A stretch of 21,905 nt of DNA from an uncultured Verrucomicrobiales bacterium (lineage in GTDB: Bacteria > Verrucomicrobiota > Verrucomicrobiia > Verrucomicrobiales > DEV007), in the NCBI GenBank assembly GCA_938091905.1, contig CALKOM010000106.1, forward strand, positions 1 to 21,905, read 5' to 3'. Below are positions 17,951-21,905 of the stretch, one piece after another (within the stretch, counting starts at the first letter, position 1; each line of letters starts with the position of its first letter). The position numbers and the translations under genes were made by a program. The notes under the pieces are model-generated. The model was not told the origin of the DNA. It made no database searches and saw nothing but the letters and a program-made list of their open reading frames with translations.

Positions 17951-18406
17951 ATGAACCGTTCTAAGCATATCGTCTTCAGCGGTGCTGTTGCTGTCCTACT
18001 CAACAGCTGCTCTTATGATGACTACAGCGCCAACGGCTACGGTGATCCTTATCAGCAGCAGGGCGAGGCCTACGGAGATTCTCAGCAAGGCAATTATGGA
18101 GGCTACGACTACCGCCAACAGCCCGCCCAGAGTGGCTACGGTGGTGGTCAGACAAGTGACTATGGCTCCGAATCAGGCGACGTCGTTACCTACCCTGGCG
18201 ACTCCGGAGGTGGAGCACCTAACTACGGCGGGTATGGCAGTCCATCACCCAGCTCAGACGGTTCGGGACGCACTTACTCCGTGCAAAAGGGCGACAATTT
18301 ATATCGGATCGGCAAGAAGTACGGTGTGTCGATGCAAGAGATCATCCGAGCGAATGGCCTCTCAAATACCACGATCCATTCCGGTCAGGAGCTCATTATT
18401 CCCTGA
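17951..18406 (+). CDS. LysM-domain lipoprotein
   Basis: Lipobox-like LLNS|C (Cys20), Y/G/Q/S-rich linker, C-terminal LysM TYSVQKGDNLYRIGKKYGVSMQEIIRANGLSNTTIHSGQELIIP. Confidence 0.92.
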   Translation: MNRSKHIVFSGAVAVLLNSCSYDDYSANGYGDPYQQQGEAYGDSQQGNYGGYDYRQQPAQSGYGGGQTSDYGSESGDVVTYPGDSGGGAPNYGGYGSPSPSSDGSGRTYSVQKGDNLYRIGKKYGVSMQEIIRANGLSNTTIHSGQELIIP

Positions 18407-18438
18407 GACCATTCGAACAATTTCTGGTGCGTTGAATC

Positions 18439-18470
18439 ACGGGGTGGGCTTCGGCTCACCCCGTTTTCAT
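18439..18470 (+). terminator. Intrinsic terminator between the convergent LysM and dehydrogenase genes
   Basis: ACGGGGTGGGC-TTCG-GCTCACCCCGT stem with a cUUCGg tetraloop, running into a T tract (TTTTCATT). Confidence 0.85.
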
Positions 18471-18479
18471 TACAATCTG

Positions 18480-19499
18480 CTAGTCTATCTCAACCATCGC
18501 CTTAAGCAGCCCTTCACTGCCTTCAAGCGAAGGCAGTTGCTCAGGCACCTCTTCAAGGCCTAACCGATGGGTGATCCATGGCCGAGCATCCACTCGCCCC
18601 GACTCTAGCTGGGCGATGACATTGTGGAATGTCGTCGCAGGCGCGTTACGGCTTGCCAGCAACGTTAGTTCTTTTCGATGAAACTCGGGATCGCTGAAGC
18701 TCAAGTTTCCTTGCACAATTCCTAAGAACACAATCCGTCCCCCGTGCCCGCTCAACTTGAATACTTGCTCCATCGACCCTGGATGCCCGGTGGCGTCCAT
18801 GATCACGGTCGGTCGACCTGAGAACCTCTCATCCAGTTGAGCCTCCACTTCGCCCGGCTGTAAAAGTAACGCCTGGTCAATGCCTAACTGCTTCTGACAG
18901 AACTGCAATCGAGCCTCTGACACATCTGCGAGCGTTACATTGTCAGCCTCTAGCTTTGCGAACTGGTAGGCGCTGAGCCCAATTGGCCCAGCCCCGATGA
19001 CGAGCACACTGTCTTCACGGTTGAGTCTGGCGCGCTCACATCCATGGGCACCAATGCACAGGGTCTCGACAAGAGCTAGGGCATCGAGTTCCAACGACTC
19101 GGAGCGGTGCAATTTGTGAGCTGGGAGGACAAGATGGGGACACATACCTCCATCCATGTGGACGCCGAGCACTCGGAGAGACTCGCAACAATTCGTCTTC
19201 CCCTGACGTGAGGCAGGACTTTGAAGATCATTCAGATAAGGCTCCACCGAACAATGATCTCCGACCCGGAGATCTGTCTCTGTGTCAGGACCAATGGCAG
19301 CGATCTCAACTCCAAGTTCGTGCCCAAGAATTCTCGGATATTCAAAGAACGGCTGATTGCCAGCGAATGAGTGCCAATCTGTACCGCACACACCAATGCG
19401 TTTCACATTCACTCGGATTTCTCCCGACCTCGGATTCCCTGGGTCCACGACGTCGATTCTCTTAAGTTCTCGGGGGCTATGGAGTTGTATCGCAATCAT
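18480..19499 (-). CDS. Zinc-binding (MDR) dehydrogenase, L-galactonate dehydrogenase LgoD/YjjN-like
   Basis: GVCGTD.H, GNQPFFEYPRILGHELG, VEPY, GKTNCC, VIGAGPIG, DATGH..SM, DPEFHRKELTLLASRNA; located next to uxaC. Confidence 0.85.
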   Translation of the reverse strand: MIAIQLHSPRELKRIDVVDPGNPRSGEIRVNVKRIGVCGTDWHSFAGNQPFFEYPRILGHELGVEIAAIGPDTETDLRVGDHCSVEPYLNDLQSPASRQGKTNCCESLRVLGVHMDGGMCPHLVLPAHKLHRSESLELDALALVETLCIGAHGCERARLNREDSVLVIGAGPIGLSAYQFAKLEADNVTLADVSEARLQFCQKQLGIDQALLLQPGEVEAQLDERFSGRPTVIMDATGHPGSMEQVFKLSGHGGRIVFLGIVQGNLSFSDPEFHRKELTLLASRNAPATTFHNVIAQLESGRVDARPWITHRLGLEEVPEQLPSLEGSEGLLKAMVEID

Positions 19500-19572
19500 T
19501 CTTACTTGAACAAAGCCACTGAAGCATGGATGAACAATAAGTAATAGAGTTCATTCTCAAGCCCTCACCGCC

Positions 19573-20034
19573 ATGTCGCCTGATCCATCATTGAAGAAGG
19601 GCTCTCCCGTCCTACAATTCACCGTCATGCTAGAGAGCCGCGTAGGAGCTCTGAATGGCGTCGTCAAACTCATTCAGGAATGCCATGCTGAGGTGCTCGG
19701 AGTGAAATTGGCGGAGTCTTCCGATGTCACGCTGGCCCGCATTGTCGTGACCGATCCAGACATTGTGATGCAACAGTTCTTAGAACGAGGTATACCACAC
19801 TGTATGCTTGAGATTGTCGTCGTGGAGTTGAAAGACGGGGTCTCGTCTCTTCCCAGCTGCCTCAGTGTCCTCCTTCAGGCAGAGACTAACATCCACTCGT
19901 TTTACTCTCTCTTGGTCCGCTCAGATCGCGACCATCCCCTTGTCGCCTTTCACCTCGAGGACACCGAATTCGCGGTATCGCTTTTAGAAAAGCAAGGATT
20001 TAAGATACTCTGCCAGGAAGACCTCAGCCGCTGA
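19573..20034 (+). CDS. Tandem ACT-domain protein (COG4747-like)
   Basis: QFTVMLESRVGAL..V, RIVVTDPD, VVVEL, L.QAETNIH..YSLL, L..QGF.IL.QEDL: a two-ACT pattern in about 150 aa. Confidence 0.75.
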   Translation: MSPDPSLKKGSPVLQFTVMLESRVGALNGVVKLIQECHAEVLGVKLAESSDVTLARIVVTDPDIVMQQFLERGIPHCMLEIVVVELKDGVSSLPSCLSVLLQAETNIHSFYSLLVRSDRDHPLVAFHLEDTEFAVSLLEKQGFKILCQEDLSR

Positions 20035-20070
20035 CGCCAAAAACGACAGCGTTTCTCCACTCCTCATCTC

Positions 20071-21480
20071 ATGTCACCTAACTTCATTCACGACGACTTC
20101 GTCCTACAAACGGAAACCGCCAAAATTCTCTACCATAGTCATGCCAAAGATCAGCCGATTATAGACTATCACTGCCACCTTCCGCCAGAAGATTTAGCCG
20201 AGAATCGACAGTTTGAGAATCTGACGGAGATCTGGCTTGAAGGTGATCACTACAAGTGGAGAGCCATGAGAGCCAATGGCGTGGCCGAGCACTATTGCAC
20301 AGGCGACGCGCCCCCATACGACAAGTTCCTTGCCTGGGCCCGCACCGTGCCACAGACCATCCGAAACCCGCTCTATCACTGGACCCATCTTGAGCTGAAG
20401 CGCTACTTTGACATAGACGACCTACTCAATGAGCAAAGCGCACCTGCCATATGGGAAGCGTGCAATGCCAAATTACAGGAAGATCGGCTTCGCCCTCACG
20501 GGATCACCGAGCGTTTCAAAGTTGAGGCCATCGGAACAACGGATGATCCAGCCGATGATCTTGCCTATCACAAGAAAATGAAGGCATCGGATATGGCGAC
20601 ACGAGTCTATCCCGCCTACCGGCCCGACGCTGCTCTCGTTGTCGACGATCCCACTACGTTCAACGCCTATGCAGATCGGTTGGGACTTGCCGCCGATCAG
20701 GATACGGGAACCTACCGTGGGTTCTGCGAAGCTCTCCACAAACGGCACGATTACTTCCATGCACTTGGGTCCCGCCTATCGGATCATGGTCTAAGTGCCT
20801 GCCATGCCACATTCGCAAGCGAGGCCACTGTCTCAAGTATCTTCGATCGAGCACGAGCAGGTAAAGCCGCGTCGGCCGAAGAGAAGGAACAGTTTGCCAC
20901 AGCAATCATGGTTCTCAGCGGCCAGCTCGATGCCGCCAAGGGATGGGTAAAGCAGCTTCACGTGGGTGCCCTGCGCAACACGAACACACGCAAGTTCAAA
21001 CAGCTTGGACGCGATACTGGTTTCGATTCCATCGCAGATACCATGCAAGCAGAGACACTTCGTGCCTATCTTGACCATCTGGATCAAGAAGACACCTTGC
21101 CCAAAACAATCATCTACAACCTGAATCCGCGAGACAACTACCTCTTCGCCTCTATGACAGGCAACTTCCAAGATGGTAGCGTTGCCGGTAAAATGCAGTT
21201 CGGTTCTGGCTGGTGGTACCTAGACCAGAAAGAAGCCATGGAGTGGCAGATCAATGCGCTATCGAATATCGGTCTTCTTTCCCGATTTGTCGGCATGCTC
21301 ACCGATTCCCGGTCGTTCCTCTCTTATCCAAGACACGAGTACTTCCGACGAATCCTATGCAACATCCTGGGCAATGACATTGAGGACGGTCTGATTCCGA
21401 GAGATATGGAATTGCTGGGCAAGATGGTGGAGGATATTTGCTATCAGAACGCCAAGACTTACTTTCAGTTTCCCGCCTAG
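20071..21480 (+). CDS. uxaC: Glucuronate (uronate) isomerase
   Basis: PIIDYHCHLPP, GDHYKWRAMRANGV, NPLYHWTHLELKR, TTDDP, QFGSGWW, GMLTDSRSFLSYPRHEYFRR; 469 aa. Confidence 0.97.
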   Translation: MSPNFIHDDFVLQTETAKILYHSHAKDQPIIDYHCHLPPEDLAENRQFENLTEIWLEGDHYKWRAMRANGVAEHYCTGDAPPYDKFLAWARTVPQTIRNPLYHWTHLELKRYFDIDDLLNEQSAPAIWEACNAKLQEDRLRPHGITERFKVEAIGTTDDPADDLAYHKKMKASDMATRVYPAYRPDAALVVDDPTTFNAYADRLGLAADQDTGTYRGFCEALHKRHDYFHALGSRLSDHGLSACHATFASEATVSSIFDRARAGKAASAEEKEQFATAIMVLSGQLDAAKGWVKQLHVGALRNTNTRKFKQLGRDTGFDSIADTMQAETLRAYLDHLDQEDTLPKTIIYNLNPRDNYLFASMTGNFQDGSVAGKMQFGSGWWYLDQKEAMEWQINALSNIGLLSRFVGMLTDSRSFLSYPRHEYFRRILCNILGNDIEDGLIPRDMELLGKMVEDICYQNAKTYFQFPA

Positions 21481-21499
21481 ACACTACTTCCAAAGCTAG

Positions 21500-21905
21500 G
21501 AGTCTGTCGGACTTCGTGAAAAGCGGCCCGTAATTATGGCCGTGTTAGAATTCGGCTATTTCGGGTCGATCTTCGGTCTCTCCCGGATTTGTGTTGATTT
21601 GCTTAGGTCTTCTTCGATTTCTGTCTTGTTTCTGCCTTCATGACCCGATTTCAGTGCCTATTCCTCCCCATTTCGCGCTTCAGGAGGCTTTTAGTCGGTG
21701 TAGGCGTTTGAGATTGTAACTTAAGCACACAAGGGTCCATTCCCCTTTCACTTTCTCTAACCCACGTAACATGAATCCTCGAAATCCCATCACTTCTTTG
21801 ATGATTCCAAAGGCTGTCTCTACCGTGTGGTTGCGTTTGGCGTAGCGGGCTTTTCCTTCTTCGCTTCGTAGCTTTTCTCGCATCTTCAGCAGCCGCGGAT
21901 CTTTG
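21500..21905 (-). mobile_element. IS1182-family insertion sequence, end downstream of the transposase (partial)
   Basis: Candidate terminal IR GAGTCTGTCGGACTT from 21500, immediately preceded by CTAG (21496-21499, probable target duplication). The transposase C-terminus lies inside it. The exact boundary needs the other end. Confidence 0.8.
21680..21905 (-). CDS. IS1182-family DDE transposase, C-terminal fragment
   Basis: Frame is open to the window edge: KDPRLLKMREKLRSEEGKARYAKRNHTVETAFGIIKEVMGFRGFMLRGLEKVKGEWTLVCLSYNLKRL, typical of the DDE_Tnp_1_6-type C-terminus. Confidence 0.92.
   Translation of the reverse strand, partial: KDPRLLKMREKLRSEEGKARYAKRNHTVETAFGIIKEVMGFRGFMLRGLEKVKGEWTLVCLSYNLKRLHRLKAS

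Noticed and set aside
17982..18563. 193-aa alternative-frame ORF over the LysM gene
   Set aside because: It overlaps a clear LysM lipoprotein, runs through the terminator into the convergent gene, and has frame-shift-like Thr/Ala/Met composition.
21496..21513. Transposase extending into the IR to end SPTDS-TAG
   Set aside because: That reading is not in frame with the transposase, which stops at TGA 21680-21682.

Overview
This is a bacterial chromosomal window with mid-range GC. Protein families and architectures suggest Verrucomicrobiota (inference). From left to right: a partial SMI1/KNR4 (SUKH) gene missed by the ORF track; an HGSNAT/DUF5009-type membrane acyltransferase; a 62-aa ORF with a type IV prepilin-like G|FxxxE...P22 pattern; a TrmN6/YfiC-like SAM methyltransferase; a ThuA-domain protein with a probable Tat signal; a 1384-aa secreted multi-lectin-domain protein with a C-terminal 'SxDLxxW...FYR' tail; and a secreted sulfatase with a non-canonical CHMSR signature. 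Next come two disrupted, translationally coupled helical-repeat genes (three in-frame stops plus a probable 1-nt frameshift), then a DUF2339 membrane protein with a 9-bp VNTR, an HtrA protease, a conserved membrane hypothetical and a LysM lipoprotein. The right end holds a Zn-dependent dehydrogenase lacking three structural-Zn cysteines, an ACT protein, uxaC, and the end of an IS1182-family element inserted at CTAG just after uxaC. No rRNA, tRNA or CRISPR array was seen. All family calls come from motif recognition, not database searches.
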